Below are positions 20,103 through 31,075 of a stretch of DNA of 64,000 nt, piece after piece. The position numbers were made by a program, and so were the translations under genes. Within the stretch, counting starts at the first letter, position 1, and each line of letters opens with the position of its first letter. Location: positions 3,829,319 to 3,893,318 of the forward strand of contig OZ244235.1 of assembly GCA_965217095.1 (NCBI GenBank). The letters run 5' to 3'. A model generated the notes under the pieces. The model did no database searches and had not been told where the DNA came from. It worked only from the letters and a program-made list of their open reading frames with translations. The stretch comes from Candidatus Latescibacterota bacterium (GTDB taxonomy: Bacteria; Latescibacterota; UBA2968; UBA8231).

Positions 20103-20230
20103 CGCTAAGCCGATACGGCCTGGACCTGAACTGGTTGTTTCCCCTCGATGGTTTGGTTTTAATCTGGCGGGTCAAGAGCGACTCGCCGGATTAGACTGAA
20201 TCTCAACATCCCTGACTAACGGAGATCGAA

Positions 20231-21844
20231 ATGGCTGACCAACGGCAGGAAATCCTCGAACGCGGCAGTTACTTTCCCGGCGACTGGGTGCGTCCACGGT
20301 ACAACCCCGGCACCTGGATGGCGATGGTGGATGTGGCGGAGATCTTTACCGGCCACCGCAGCATGACCAGCGATGGTCGCTACGAGATGTTCGACGGGCC
20401 GCTCGGCGTGCAGTTGCGCATAGAAGCGGCAAACCAATCGGAAACTTTTCTGAAACCTGAAAGAGAGTGGGAAACCGGCTACTTCGGTCCGTCCCACATC
20501 TGGAACGAGGACGGACGCCTCCACATGTTCTACAGCGCTGGGGGCGACAGGTCCTGCTATGCGGTCAGCGATGACGGCTATAACTGGGAGCGGCCGGTGC
20601 TTGGCCACACCGAGTTCAACGGCTCCACCGAAAACAACATCCTCAAGACCCCGATACCAGGCAGCATCTTCGAAGATCCCTCGGCACCAGCGGCGGAACG
20701 CTACAAAATGCTGGAAGCCCAGGGCTACTGGAAGGATCGCGATACCGGCGAGGAGGTGGGTGGCAGCGAGGAGTTGGATGGCGGCGAGGCGGATACGTGC
20801 TGGCGCGCCGAACAGTATGAGGGTGCTGCGTACACCGGACGAAAGGTGGTTCTCAAAGGCCGCTTGATGGGCTGGTACTCGCCGGACCGCTTCACCTGGA
20901 CCAAGATCGACGAACCTCTCGCCCACTATTCGGTGAACGGCGGCATCTGCCCAGGTTACGACGAGCACAACAACGACTACTTCGCTTTCATTCAGCCGCA
21001 GGGATGCGCCCCCGTCGAACCGCAAAGCCTGGGTACCAGCATCCCCGAAACGGAGGTGGTGCGCCGCGCGGTGGGGATAACCCGCACCAAAGACTTCCGG
21101 ACATGGCCCGCGGCCAAACTATTGATCCATCCCGATGCCCAGGACCCATTGGACATTTCCTATTACGGCGCGTGTTATTTTGCCTATCCGGGCCGCCAGG
21201 ATCTTCACGCCATGTTTCTTCCCGTGTTCCACCAGATCACCGACACCGTCGATACGCAGGTCGCCTTCAGCCGCGATGGCATCGTGTGGACGCGGCCGGA
21301 ACGCCGGCCCATAATGAATTTGGGCGCGCACGGCAGCGGCGAGGAGGCGCAGATGCACATCTGGCGCAACGGCTTGGTAGAGCTTCCCGATGGTAACTGG
21401 GCGGTGCCCTACCAGGGCAACTCAAGGCTGCACACCGTGGATGGGGATGAAGAATACCAACGTGCTCTTTTCCCTGACGCACAACCCATCCAAAACCGTT
21501 GGGCGCGCTGGCGCCCCCACCGCCTGTGCGGAGTAGAGGCGGAAAACGAAGGATCCTTCACCATACCCACCGTGTTTCGCCGCGAAAACGAACTGCGCCT
21601 CAACTATCGCTGCGCCCCGGGAGGTTGGATCAAGATCGAGCTGCTGCCGTTGATCCCGACGATGATGTGCCCGGACGCCAACCCGCTCAAAGGCTACTCC
21701 TTCGAGGAGTGCGACCGCCTGGTGGGAGACGAAGAAGACCAGGTCGTCACCTGGAAAGGCAGTAGCGATATCACCGGGGTCGGCGAGATGGCGGCTATTC
21801 GGGTGCAGATGTTTCAGTCGAAGCTGTTCGCGTACCGGCTCTAG
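20231..21844 (+). CDS. hypothetical five-bladed beta-propeller (GH32/43-like) protein
   Basis: YAVSDDGYNWERP, SPDRFTW, SRDGIVW repeats; C-terminal beta-sandwich. Confidence 0.6.
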   Translation: MADQRQEILERGSYFPGDWVRPRYNPGTWMAMVDVAEIFTGHRSMTSDGRYEMFDGPLGVQLRIEAANQSETFLKPEREWETGYFGPSHIWNEDGRLHMFYSAGGDRSCYAVSDDGYNWERPVLGHTEFNGSTENNILKTPIPGSIFEDPSAPAAERYKMLEAQGYWKDRDTGEEVGGSEELDGGEADTCWRAEQYEGAAYTGRKVVLKGRLMGWYSPDRFTWTKIDEPLAHYSVNGGICPGYDEHNNDYFAFIQPQGCAPVEPQSLGTSIPETEVVRRAVGITRTKDFRTWPAAKLLIHPDAQDPLDISYYGACYFAYPGRQDLHAMFLPVFHQITDTVDTQVAFSRDGIVWTRPERRPIMNLGAHGSGEEAQMHIWRNGLVELPDGNWAVPYQGNSRLHTVDGDEEYQRALFPDAQPIQNRWARWRPHRLCGVEAENEGSFTIPTVFRRENELRLNYRCAPGGWIKIELLPLIPTMMCPDANPLKGYSFEECDRLVGDEEDQVVTWKGSSDITGVGEMAAIRVQMFQSKLFAYRL

Positions 21845-21949
21845 CAGTCTGCACGGGTCGTGGACCGCATTCCAGGAACTCGGATTCCTTGCTTTTTGCG
21901 CTGGATGGTCAAGAATCGTGTAGAACCGCTCCCAACTCTGCAGGATGGA

Positions 21950-23140
21950 TCAAGACATCGGGAGTCCCTCGGGCAGATCCTGATTCTCGCCGAGAATCCA
22001 CAGTGGCTGACAGAAAGCCCACTGAAGTAGCTCTGGTTGCTCGGCCGGCCAGCGGAGCTCGTTGCTCGCGCACTCGACGCGGACGTACCCCTCATCACCC
22101 ACGACGCGATACTCCGCTGACGACGATTCTGCCTCCAGCAAGGTCGTTCCGCCCCGTCCGACGAACCGAACGCGCGACCCGTTCTCCGTTGCGACGCAGA
22201 TCTTGCCATCCTCCAGCGTAAGCGACAACACCGAGACGCCGGTTGTAGCGTAAAAACATCCGCTGCGCAACGCCTGCAGCACATCCTCCCTGCTGAGCGC
22301 ATCAGCCCAGACCTGAGACCAGGCCGAGAACGGCCCCGCACCACCATCGCGACCGTCCGTGTGCATATCGTCGTTGCCGAACCCCCAACAGCTGACCCCG
22401 GCGCTGAGGATGCCGTCCCAGAGTCGGCGAGCAAACCCGCGTTTGCCGGCGGGACTCTCCTGCCCCCCGTGACGCATGAGGTACCCGTTGACCACTTCGA
22501 TGCCGTCGAATCGACGCCGTTCAGGGTGATCGAGGAAAAATTCCGGCTCGTCTTCCCATTCGTTCGGATGGGGCAGGTAGACCACGCCACCCGCTTCCTG
22601 CGTCACGGCGCGATAGTCAGTCGTTCCTCTGAACCTGGCGACGTCGCTTCCCGCAGTGTGGATGGGAAATCCGTTGACCACGATGTGGGGGCCGGTGAAG
22701 TGGTCCTCGAAACCGGGCAGCATCAGCAGCTTCCCTTCCCGGTCGATTTTCCAGTTATCGCCGACCCATGGCCGCGACTGCTCGGCGGCTGTCCGCGTGT
22801 AGTCGCGCAGGTAAGCCTCGCGGCCCGCATCTTCGTTGCACGGAAAGTGGGGTTTGGAGCCCTCGCCTCGGGGTCGGGCAAGGGACATGACCTGGCCGTC
22901 CAGGTTCCAGTCGTGAGCTCCGTCACCGTCTTGATCGCCGTAGGCGTCGTGGTCGGCGATGCAGAGAATCTGGTACCCCTCGGCGAAGTAGAGATCGGCG
23001 ATCTCTTGCGGTAACAGTTTGCCATCGCTGTGGGTGCTATGGCAATGAAGGTTCGCTTTGAAGACAGGGGTGGAAGCTTCGTGGAAGGATCCAACAACAA
23101 CTGCATCCGATGTGCCGGTGGTGATCTCGTGGCGTTCCAA
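21950..23140 (-). CDS. PHP-domain (CehA/McbA-like) metallohydrolase
   Basis: NLHCHSTHSDG, ADHD, PHP, NDDMH, YVRVE. Confidence 0.8.
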   Translation of the reverse strand: MERHEITTGTSDAVVVGSFHEASTPVFKANLHCHSTHSDGKLLPQEIADLYFAEGYQILCIADHDAYGDQDGDGAHDWNLDGQVMSLARPRGEGSKPHFPCNEDAGREAYLRDYTRTAAEQSRPWVGDNWKIDREGKLLMLPGFEDHFTGPHIVVNGFPIHTAGSDVARFRGTTDYRAVTQEAGGVVYLPHPNEWEDEPEFFLDHPERRRFDGIEVVNGYLMRHGGQESPAGKRGFARRLWDGILSAGVSCWGFGNDDMHTDGRDGGAGPFSAWSQVWADALSREDVLQALRSGCFYATTGVSVLSLTLEDGKICVATENGSRVRFVGRGGTTLLEAESSSAEYRVVGDEGYVRVECASNELRWPAEQPELLQWAFCQPLWILGENQDLPEGLPMS

Positions 23141-23170
23141 CTAGGCCTCCTTGCCGTAGAAAATCTTCGA

Positions 23171-24031
23171 TCAGCGTTGGCGCACGAACTTTTGCAGCCG
23201 CTGATCGGTCTGCACCTCGCCGACGTATAGATCGCCGGCGCTGTCGGTCCAGATGCCGTGAGGACAGCCGAGAAATTCTCCCGGTTCGTCCAACCGCTCT
23301 CCCTTGCCCCAGCGACACAACAGGTCACCCTCGAGATTCAGGATACTGACCCGCTGATCGAGCTCGGCGATGTAGACGATGTCGTCCTCGTCGATGTGGA
23401 TCGTATCGGGGCGATTGAGGTCGCCCCACTCCGTCAGGTACGCGCCTTCGGTATCGAAGATCTGCACGCGGCTGTTGGTGCGGTCGCAGACGAGGACGCG
23501 GTCGTTCCTGTCGACGCGAACACAATGAGGTAGATCGAATTCGCCCGGACCGTTGCCGGGACTGCCCCAGGATTTGATCAACTCTCCCGCCGCTGTGTAC
23601 TTGTGGATGCGGGCGTTGTCGTAGCCATCGGAGACATACATGTCGCCGGCGGAATCGAAGGCGATGTCGGTGGGCAGGCGGAACGGCTCACCTTCGGCCC
23701 CCTGCGCTCCCGGCGTGCCAAGGGTGGAGACCAGGTTTCCGTCGGTATCGAGTTGCCGCATGCAGTGGGCTTCCCGTTCGACGCAGAATATCTGATCCCG
23801 TTCGTCGATGAGGATCCCGTGGGCATCGACGAGAATCTCCTCTGCCAACGAGTCGATGAAGTTGCCGTCCCTGTCGAGGCGCACGAGAGGATGCTCACTG
23901 CGATTGTAAACGTAGACGCGGTCTTTAGAGTCAACACCGACGGCGGCTACCCAACCGAGCCTCCAGTCTGCAGGGTACGAGCCCCAGCCCTCAGCGACTT
24001 CGTACACAAAATCTCCTGAACCCACGATCAT
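23171..24031 (-). CDS. NHL-repeat protein (PAL-like)
   Basis: PTDIAFD...YVSDGY.N.RI, GEFDLPH, PHGIW. Confidence 0.88.
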   Translation of the reverse strand: MIVGSGDFVYEVAEGWGSYPADWRLGWVAAVGVDSKDRVYVYNRSEHPLVRLDRDGNFIDSLAEEILVDAHGILIDERDQIFCVEREAHCMRQLDTDGNLVSTLGTPGAQGAEGEPFRLPTDIAFDSAGDMYVSDGYDNARIHKYTAAGELIKSWGSPGNGPGEFDLPHCVRVDRNDRVLVCDRTNSRVQIFDTEGAYLTEWGDLNRPDTIHIDEDDIVYIAELDQRVSILNLEGDLLCRWGKGERLDEPGEFLGCPHGIWTDSAGDLYVGEVQTDQRLQKFVRQR

Positions 24032-24118
24032 AACATTTCTCCGAGCGGTTGAATTCTGGTTTTGCAGCGGCTTGGTCGGGCAGTCACGTCAAGGTATATT
24101 ATTCTGCGAGGCCAATCC

Positions 24119-24451
24119 ATGAGCGAAATTCCCGAACTCACTTCCCGCGAAGTACTCCAGCAGGTCGACCGTCGGCTCACCCTGATCGAAGAAGATCAGC
24201 GCCAGCTCCACAGCACGATGGAAAAGGGATTCGCGGAATTACGCGTCGAGCTAAAAGGCGACAATCTTCTATTACGACAGGAATTCAAGAACGAACTTGG
24301 TGCCACGAGACAAGAGTTTAAGAACGATATTGCTGGCACGAGACAGGAATTCGGCACGTTTCGCCAGGAGATGGACACACGCTTCCGCTGGCTATCTGGC
24401 ATCGTCCTGGCCAGTTGGCTTTCCATCATGAGTGCCCTGTTGCTGAAATAA
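24119..24451 (+). CDS. coiled-coil protein with C-terminal TM helix (DUF1640/CCDC90-like)
   Basis: 11-aa RQEFKN repeats, ending FRWLSGIVLASWLSIMSALLLK. Confidence 0.7.
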   Translation: MSEIPELTSREVLQQVDRRLTLIEEDQRQLHSTMEKGFAELRVELKGDNLLLRQEFKNELGATRQEFKNDIAGTRQEFGTFRQEMDTRFRWLSGIVLASWLSIMSALLLK

Positions 24452-24491
24452 TTCCCCTGTCGCGGGGGCGCAACTTCTCGTTTGGCCATAC

Positions 24492-25520
24492 CTACGGCTC
24501 CCTCGCCGCCGTCTGAATCAAAGCGCGCATATAACCCAGATCGAAAGCATTGCCCTGGCGAAAACCGTCGTCGCCGACGATGCGCGGCCAGTGCGCCGGC
24601 GCCAGATGGGCATCGGAGCCGGCCTTGTTCAGGGCACGGACCACGGCGAGGAAATCGCAGTCGCCAAGGTCGAGAAACGCTTCTTGGAACTTGGGAACCG
24701 TCCCATTGACCGCCTGCACATGCCCCATGAAGATCTTCTCGCCACCGAGGCTGTTGATGGCGTGATCCAGATCGATGCCCATCGCCTGCCAGTTCCCCAG
24801 ACACATATTGATTCCCCACACCGGGCTGTCGGCAATCTCCAGCGCCCGCAGGTGTCCTTCTAGGTTGTAGAACAACCGTGGCATGCCGCCCATGCTCTCC
24901 ACCGGCGGATCGTCGGGATGCACCGCCATGCGCACACCGGCATCCTCACACACCGGCAGGATCTTCTTCACGAAGTACTCATAGTTGTCCCACATCTCCT
25001 CGCGACTGTATTCGCGCCCGCGAAACAAAGGCAGCGGCTCCAGCTTCTTCATGTCGATCGCCGAAAGCAGCGAACCGCCGCGACCGGGAACCTCGTAGGA
25101 GTGGCGCCAGGACGCGTTCACCATGGTCTCCGGATTGCACATCCAGTGATACGCCATCAGGGTGACCCCCGCCTTGCCCGCCAACCGAATGTTGTGGATC
25201 AGGTTCTCGATCTGTCGGTCGCGCAGCTCACCCCCCAGCCAGATATGCTCCATGGCGGACGCTTCCGCCTGGGGGGTTAGCTCGAGTGTTCCCAGCTCCA
25301 TGCCTAGATCGCGGATCTCGTTCACCAGATTTACGATCCTGAGATAATCCCACTTCAGCCCCGGTTTTCTTCCCCCAACCTTGCCCCCCGGGGGGGTGAT
25401 GGCAGGATCGTTGCAGCCGACGATTACTTTTTCTACGCCCAACTGCGCCAGATAGCGCAGGTGGGTCTTGTCCTTCATGATCGGCTCGAAGTGCGAGTAT
25501 GCGCCCAGACAGACAGGCAT
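24492..25520 (-). CDS. uxuA: mannonate dehydratase family
   Basis: AYHWM, MAVHPDDPP, CLGN, F.EAFLD.G. Confidence 0.8.
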   Translation of the reverse strand: MPVCLGAYSHFEPIMKDKTHLRYLAQLGVEKVIVGCNDPAITPPGGKVGGRKPGLKWDYLRIVNLVNEIRDLGMELGTLELTPQAEASAMEHIWLGGELRDRQIENLIHNIRLAGKAGVTLMAYHWMCNPETMVNASWRHSYEVPGRGGSLLSAIDMKKLEPLPLFRGREYSREEMWDNYEYFVKKILPVCEDAGVRMAVHPDDPPVESMGGMPRLFYNLEGHLRALEIADSPVWGINMCLGNWQAMGIDLDHAINSLGGEKIFMGHVQAVNGTVPKFQEAFLDLGDCDFLAVVRALNKAGSDAHLAPAHWPRIVGDDGFRQGNAFDLGYMRALIQTAAREP

Positions 25521-25564
25521 TGGACTCTCCTTTTACCTTACATTATTTGGGTGTTGTTGGCCGA

Positions 25565-25589
25565 TGCGATAATATGCGCAATTATCGCA
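25565..25589. promoter_or_regulatory. palindromic operator (Fur-box-like) between divergent uxuA and PhyH genes
   Basis: TGCGATAAT-7nt-ATTATCGCA, perfect 9-bp inverted repeat. Confidence 0.65.
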
Positions 25590-25644
25590 CAAAGCGTTTG
25601 TCCTTATTTTCTTTTTTCTGACCAACCTTATCACGGGGGCAACG

Positions 25645-26496
25645 ATGGACTCGAGATATAGCGAGTATCTCCTGACGGCCGAGGAGTCGGAGCAATTCGA
25701 ACGGGACGGTTTCTTTTTCGTCGAAAACGCATTGTCCGAGGATATGGTGGGCACCTTTATCACCGTCGTCGACCGCATCGATGGAGAGGAACGGCGGCGA
25801 TTGCAGAGCGCCCCGGGCGACCGCTCCAGTGTCCGCGACTTCATCGGCAGAGACGACCACTTCCTGGAGTTGCTCGATTGGTACAAAACCTTTCCCAAGG
25901 TGTGGGGCATCCTCGGCTGGCACATCCAGCTGTACCACACCCACCTGAACGTCACGCCCGCTGTTTCAGGAAGTACCCTTGAAAGGGATGGTCTGGGATT
26001 GAATTGGCACCAGGACAGCGGCCGCATCAATCAGGACTGCGAAAGCAACCCCCGCCCGCGCGTCTCGCTCAAAGTGGGATTCTTTCTTACCGACATCACT
26101 GAATCAAACCGCGGCAATTTCTACATCGTACCCGGCAGCCACCTGCAAAACGACTTTCCGGGAGATGACCGCAATGGCCTTCTGGATGGCGCCATGCCAG
26201 TGTGCGTTCCCGCGGGGACCGCGGTTTTTTTCGATCGTCGCCTGTGGCATTCGGCAAGCAACAACTATTGGCATACGCCGCGACGGGTGCTCTTTTACGG
26301 CTACTCTTACCGCTGGTTGCGTCCGCGCGACAACATGACTGTCGATCACTACCTCGATCGCTGCGACCCGATTCGCAGACAACTCCTCGGCGTCAGCAAT
26401 ACGGGCGGTCTCGGGTATACCTCGCCCTCGGAGGAGGACGTTCCGCTGAAAGCGTGGCTCGAAGAACACCTGGGAGCGGAGGCAGTGATTCACTAA
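25645..26496 (+). CDS. PhyH family dioxygenase
   Basis: WHQDSG, VPGSH, FDRRLWHSA. Confidence 0.9.
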   Translation: MDSRYSEYLLTAEESEQFERDGFFFVENALSEDMVGTFITVVDRIDGEERRRLQSAPGDRSSVRDFIGRDDHFLELLDWYKTFPKVWGILGWHIQLYHTHLNVTPAVSGSTLERDGLGLNWHQDSGRINQDCESNPRPRVSLKVGFFLTDITESNRGNFYIVPGSHLQNDFPGDDRNGLLDGAMPVCVPAGTAVFFDRRLWHSASNNYWHTPRRVLFYGYSYRWLRPRDNMTVDHYLDRCDPIRRQLLGVSNTGGLGYTSPSEEDVPLKAWLEEHLGAEAVIH

Positions 26497-26533
26497 CGGG
26501 GGTCCCCATGCGCGCAGAGCCCACCCCTTTGGG

Positions 26534-28188
26534 TCAGTCCTGTGGAATAAGGGGCAGTAGCAGGTGTGATGGGAATATTGAAGTGTGGTGGACCGACTGG
26601 TTCGCCCTTCTCATGTTGGCGTCCCGCGCCGGGTCTCCACCGGTGTTCAAGTTGCGGTCGAATCGCGGGAAGTTCGACGACGAAACCTCCAATCGGATTT
26701 GGTGACCTTTCCGGAAGCAGTTCCCCGTAACCCCAACCTCGATCTCGTACTCGTACACCTTTCCAGCTTCCAGGAGTTTGGGTTCGGAGAAGCTCTCTCG
26801 ATAGCGCGCCCGCAAAATGCCGTCGCACAGGTTCATGGCATACCCGTCGGGCGAGACGTCAACGAGTTTGGCGGTCCAGTCCGAGTCGAGACCATCGGTG
26901 GCAGCGTAGAGCACCAGTTTGATCGGGCCGATGACCTCCACGTCGCTCGGCATCGGCTGGCTGGTGTAACATAAGACGTCGTTTCGCATCTCCACGGGAC
27001 GCTGGTCGTAGGGGCCCCAGGGCACGATGTGCGGTGAGCAGCAGTTGTTGCCGCCCATTGTCGGGACCGGAAATTCTGGATCGTAGACGAAGGTGTCGGC
27101 GTTCTCGTTTCGTGGTAGGTCGGTTGAAAGAACACCGTCGCCGATGACCGTATTCGCCTTTCCGTTCGAGTGCAGGTACCACCGCTCCCATTTCGTCCGC
27201 GCCAGCGGCCATTCGTGTTCATCCTGCCACCTGTTGCTTCCCATGATGAAGAGACGGAGCGGCGGTTCATCTACGATGCCGTTGTCTATGTCCCGCATCC
27301 AGTAGTCGAACCACCGCATCTCTTCGGCCTCGAGATCAACCAGCGAGTTTGCCCCGAAATCCACGTCTCCAGTGCGTGGGGCCACGGACCCACGATGAGC
27401 CGGCTGCGCCGGGCGTTCTTGCTCCCACCTTCAAGGCGCATGCCGTTCAAGTTGGTGAAGGTTTGGTTGGGGTAGAGATCGTACCACCCACCCATGATGT
27501 ATGCCGGGGCGAGCATGTCACCCCAACGCAGCTCGTCGTTGAACTCCTCCCAGTAGCTGTCATCGGTCGAATGGTCCATCCAGTCCTGCCAGAAGGCCAA
27601 GTCGCGACCCGCGCCCTTCGCTAAGTCACCCACGGGCAGCGTTCGAAACGCTTCCGTCCAGTTGTGAAAATCGATTGACTGGCCCGTTCGGCCGTTGGTG
27701 CGCATCCCCCATGTGGCTAGAACGTTCAGCTGAAAGGTCCCACCCGGCCATACGAGGCCGTTGTAATATTCTGCCGCCATTACGCGCGGGACCATGCAGG
27801 TCAGATGCGAACTTTGGAGTGGAGCGCTGGTCCACTGAACGCATCCTCCGTAAGAACTTCCGGACATCCCGATCTTGCCGTCGCTCCATTCCTGACGGCC
27901 GATCCACTCCTGGGTGTCGTAGCCATCTTCGGCCTCGCGGAATGGATAGTAGTCGCCATCGGAGTCCCAGCGTCCACGGCAATCCTGGATCACGCAGGCG
28001 TACCCGCAGTTGGCAAGCCGCCGGCCTTTCTCCACGCTCCCATCCATGTTGTTGCTGTACGGCGTGCGCATGAGAACTGTGGGAAAGGTGCCTCGCGTTT
28101 TCGGGAGATAGATGTCCGAAGAGAGCTCGACCCCGTCCCGAGCGGGAGTTTTGATATTCAGCTGCATCTCTACGGGGTAAGTTGCCAT
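26534..28188 (-). pseudogene. CocE/NonD family hydrolase, frameshifted near 27375
   Basis: RTPY, GSSYGG, GGWYD, GPWPH in one frame; GDVDFG...SSSNFPRFDRN in another. Confidence 0.88.
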
Positions 28189-28200
28189 GTCGCCGATTGC

Positions 28201-29280
28201 TTATTTGCTGGGTGCGAGACAGGCCCGCCTGAATTCTTCCAAGCTGTCTACCAGGGGACAAGATTGGCCGTCCAACATGCGTTCGATCGCGGCATCGTCT
28301 TTGAAGCCGCTTCCCGTGACCAGACAGACCACCACAGCATCCCGATCCAGCTCCCGGCGGGCGCAGGCGTCCAGCACACCTGCCAGGGGGATTGCTCCTG
28401 CCGGCTCGGAAAAGATACCCTCCTCGCGTGCCATCCTGGCCTGTGCTGAATAGATCTCTTCGTCGCTGACTAGATATCCCGTCCCACCCGAGGCGCGACA
28501 CGCTGCCAGGGTTTCATCCCCGTCGATGACGTTGGCAATTTGCAGCGCGCTGATGGTCGTGGCCCCCTCACTCGTCTGGGCCTGCTCCTTGCCCTCGCGC
28601 AGCGGTCCGGCAATGGTGTTGTTGCCCTGGGGCTGCACGCAGTTCACCGCCGCCGAACAACCCACACGCTCGAAACCGCGGGCCACCGCCAGGGACAATC
28701 CTCCGCCGGCAGTGGGCGAGAATACATGGTCGAGACCTGCGGACAGCTGCTCTGCCAGCTCGTAGCTGATGGTCTGCACCGCCTCCATGGCCAGTGGACA
28801 GTATTTGAACGCGCTGATTTCCTGCGCTGCCCCCATTTCTGCAGCTAGTGGTTCCAGCCCATCCATGATCTCGGTTGTAGCCACGGGATCAAAGCCAAAA
28901 CCGCGAATGCGCAACAGGGTTGCTCCGTAGGCCAGCATCTGGCGCAACTTGCCTTCCGCCGCCTTTTCCAGGATAGCAACGTAACAACGAACGTCCACGG
29001 CCGCACTATAAGCGGCGAGCGCTGCACCGGCATTGCCGCTGGACACGCCGAGAACCGTGTTTTTGCCTTCGGCAAGCAGCTGGGATATGGCAAACGCGGT
29101 AAAGCGGTCTTTGTAGGAGCCGGTGGGATTGCTGCCTTCGAGCTTGAAATAAAGGTTTTTCAGCCCTGCCGCCGGCCCGATCCGTCGAGATCGAACCAGT
29201 GGCGTCTGGCTTTCGCCTAGGCTGATGCGGTGTTCGGCCGCAACGGGCGGCAGCATATCGGCGTATCTCCAGATACTCAC
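28201..29280 (-). CDS. threonine synthase-like PLP enzyme (fold type II)
   Basis: NPTGSYKDR, SSGNAG, EGIFSEPAG, VTGSGFK. Confidence 0.85.
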   Translation of the reverse strand: MSIWRYADMLPPVAAEHRISLGESQTPLVRSRRIGPAAGLKNLYFKLEGSNPTGSYKDRFTAFAISQLLAEGKNTVLGVSSGNAGAALAAYSAAVDVRCYVAILEKAAEGKLRQMLAYGATLLRIRGFGFDPVATTEIMDGLEPLAAEMGAAQEISAFKYCPLAMEAVQTISYELAEQLSAGLDHVFSPTAGGGLSLAVARGFERVGCSAAVNCVQPQGNNTIAGPLREGKEQAQTSEGATTISALQIANVIDGDETLAACRASGGTGYLVSDEEIYSAQARMAREEGIFSEPAGAIPLAGVLDACARRELDRDAVVVCLVTGSGFKDDAAIERMLDGQSCPLVDSLEEFRRACLAPSK

Positions 29281-29337
29281 TCAAACCCCCACGTCATTGA
29301 AAGATTAGATCCTGATTTGCAAAGCTTTGTCCGATGC

Positions 29338-30800
29338 TCACTGGCACCACAGAGAGTAGAGTTGCGTTTCACCGGAAAGCTGAACCCGTAAGCGTATCTC
29401 GCGTCCACCGGCAACCTCACCCAGTCTGCGTCCTTGCCAAGAAACCGCACCACGAAGCTGGTTGCCGTTAAAACCGTCGAACGCCTCCACATCGCCCCCT
29501 TCCAAACAGCTCCCGCTTTCCGCATCCAGCACCTCGACCCCCAGGGCGCCACCGCTGGCGTCTGCGTTCATCAAAAGCTCCGAGCCACGCGGCTTGAGCG
29601 GCGGCGTAACGAGCTCACCGTTCGCTCCCTCCGCCTCGAGAGATACGAAACCGTCGCGGCGCAGCTTGGCCAACGCCAGCGCGCTTTCTGCCTTGAAGTA
29701 CGGGCGGTACTCTTCCGGGAACACCTCTTCGGGGCCACGGAAACGGGCGGCCATGTGGTAGATCCAGATTTCGTCGTCGCGCACGATAGGCGCGCCGCAG
29801 ACTAGCACCTCTTGATTGCCCCACGCCTTGCCGTCCCAGGGCTCGATCCCCAGAAATACCTGCCGATCGCACAAGCGACGCCAGTGACGCAGATCGCGGC
29901 TGGCCACCAGCTCCACCTGGTTCAAGCCGGTGTAGTTCATGTGCGGGGGGGGGATGGCGCCGGCGGGATTGAAGATCAGCACGAATCCGATGTACTGACC
30001 TTCGTAGGGCAACACTGCCATGTGGTAGGTCTCGGCGATGTAGTCGATCTCATCCACCAGGGGCGGACTGACATAAGCCGGATCTTCCACCGCGCGCCGG
30101 ATCCGCGGCAGCCGGTTGTCCCAATCAACCTGGTCGGCGTGCAGCACGCAGCCGTGGTCCTCCCAGGTCTCGAAGTCCTTGCTGGTAACCAGCCAGACCG
30201 ACCGCCCCCAAACGGTACTGCGTTTCACCGTGGCGACAAACTGCTCACCGAAGGGATCGTAGCAAAAGTGGGACTCGCCGCTGCTGGGAATTTCGTCGAT
30301 GTCGAGTACGGTCCACTGAAATCCGTCGGGAGAAACGGCGGCTTGCCGATTTTCGACCTTGAGCAGGGCTTTGTAGCGCCGCTGGGAATCGGGATCACGC
30401 TCGTCGCGGACGATGTGGTAGAGGGCACGGTTTCCCTGGTCCGGATCCATCACGATGTTGTTGTCCCTGGAGCCCTGCCATTCGTACAGACCCAACTGCG
30501 GTTGTTCCCAGTGTTCGCCATCCTCCGATACGGCGTAATGAGTGAGAACGAGGTACTGCCGTGCTTTCCGTACGGCTCGCAGCTCCAACTGCCCCAGTAC
30601 CACCACTCCCAGAGATTTTTCTCCGGGTTCCACTGCGGAGAGCTGCGGCTTTGCAGCGCGATCTGGCCTGCGTCCGAGTTCGGAGTCATTACCGGTCCGT
30701 AGCGATCCGGCGGATGCAGGCGGCGCTTGAGGCCGCGGTTCTCGGCGATGAGAAAGTCATCGAGGAACAGCTGCCGGCGCTTGTCCAGCTCTAGCGGAAT
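29338..30800 (-). pseudogene. beta-propeller (GH32/43-like) protein, frameshifted near 30540, 5' end lost
   Basis: RQLFLDDFLI...SPQW in one frame, HYAVSEDG..W...LRRDGFVSL in another; family resembles 20231-21844. Confidence 0.7.
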
Positions 30801-31060
30801 GTGGGAGCGATTCAGCATCTCGTAGACTCCGTGCACATACCGCTGGTGCAGCTGACGCCAGTCGGCACTGCTTGGCGGTCCGTGGTGGATCTCCTCCGGA
30901 TAGAAGTCCCGGTTCTGGGTCGAGTAATGCAGCGCCAGGTACTTGAGGCTTTCGCCTTCCAGGTACGCCACCCGCTTCTTCATCTCGCTGTACACCCGTT
31001 TGTGCGTTTCCTTGTTCGCGTAGGAAGTCCACAACCCCCTGCTGAAGTTGATCAACCACG
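30800..31060 (-). pseudogene. internal fragment of an unrelated gene fused to the propeller remnant
   Basis: ALHYSTQNRDFY...GVYEMLNRSHIP reads into PLELDKRRQLF; no credible start. Confidence 0.45.
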
Positions 31061-31075
31061 GTCTGATGCGCCCCC

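Noticed and set aside
24275-24370. 33-bp repeats as a possible CRISPR array
   Set aside because: Degenerate, in-frame coding, no spacers and no cas genes
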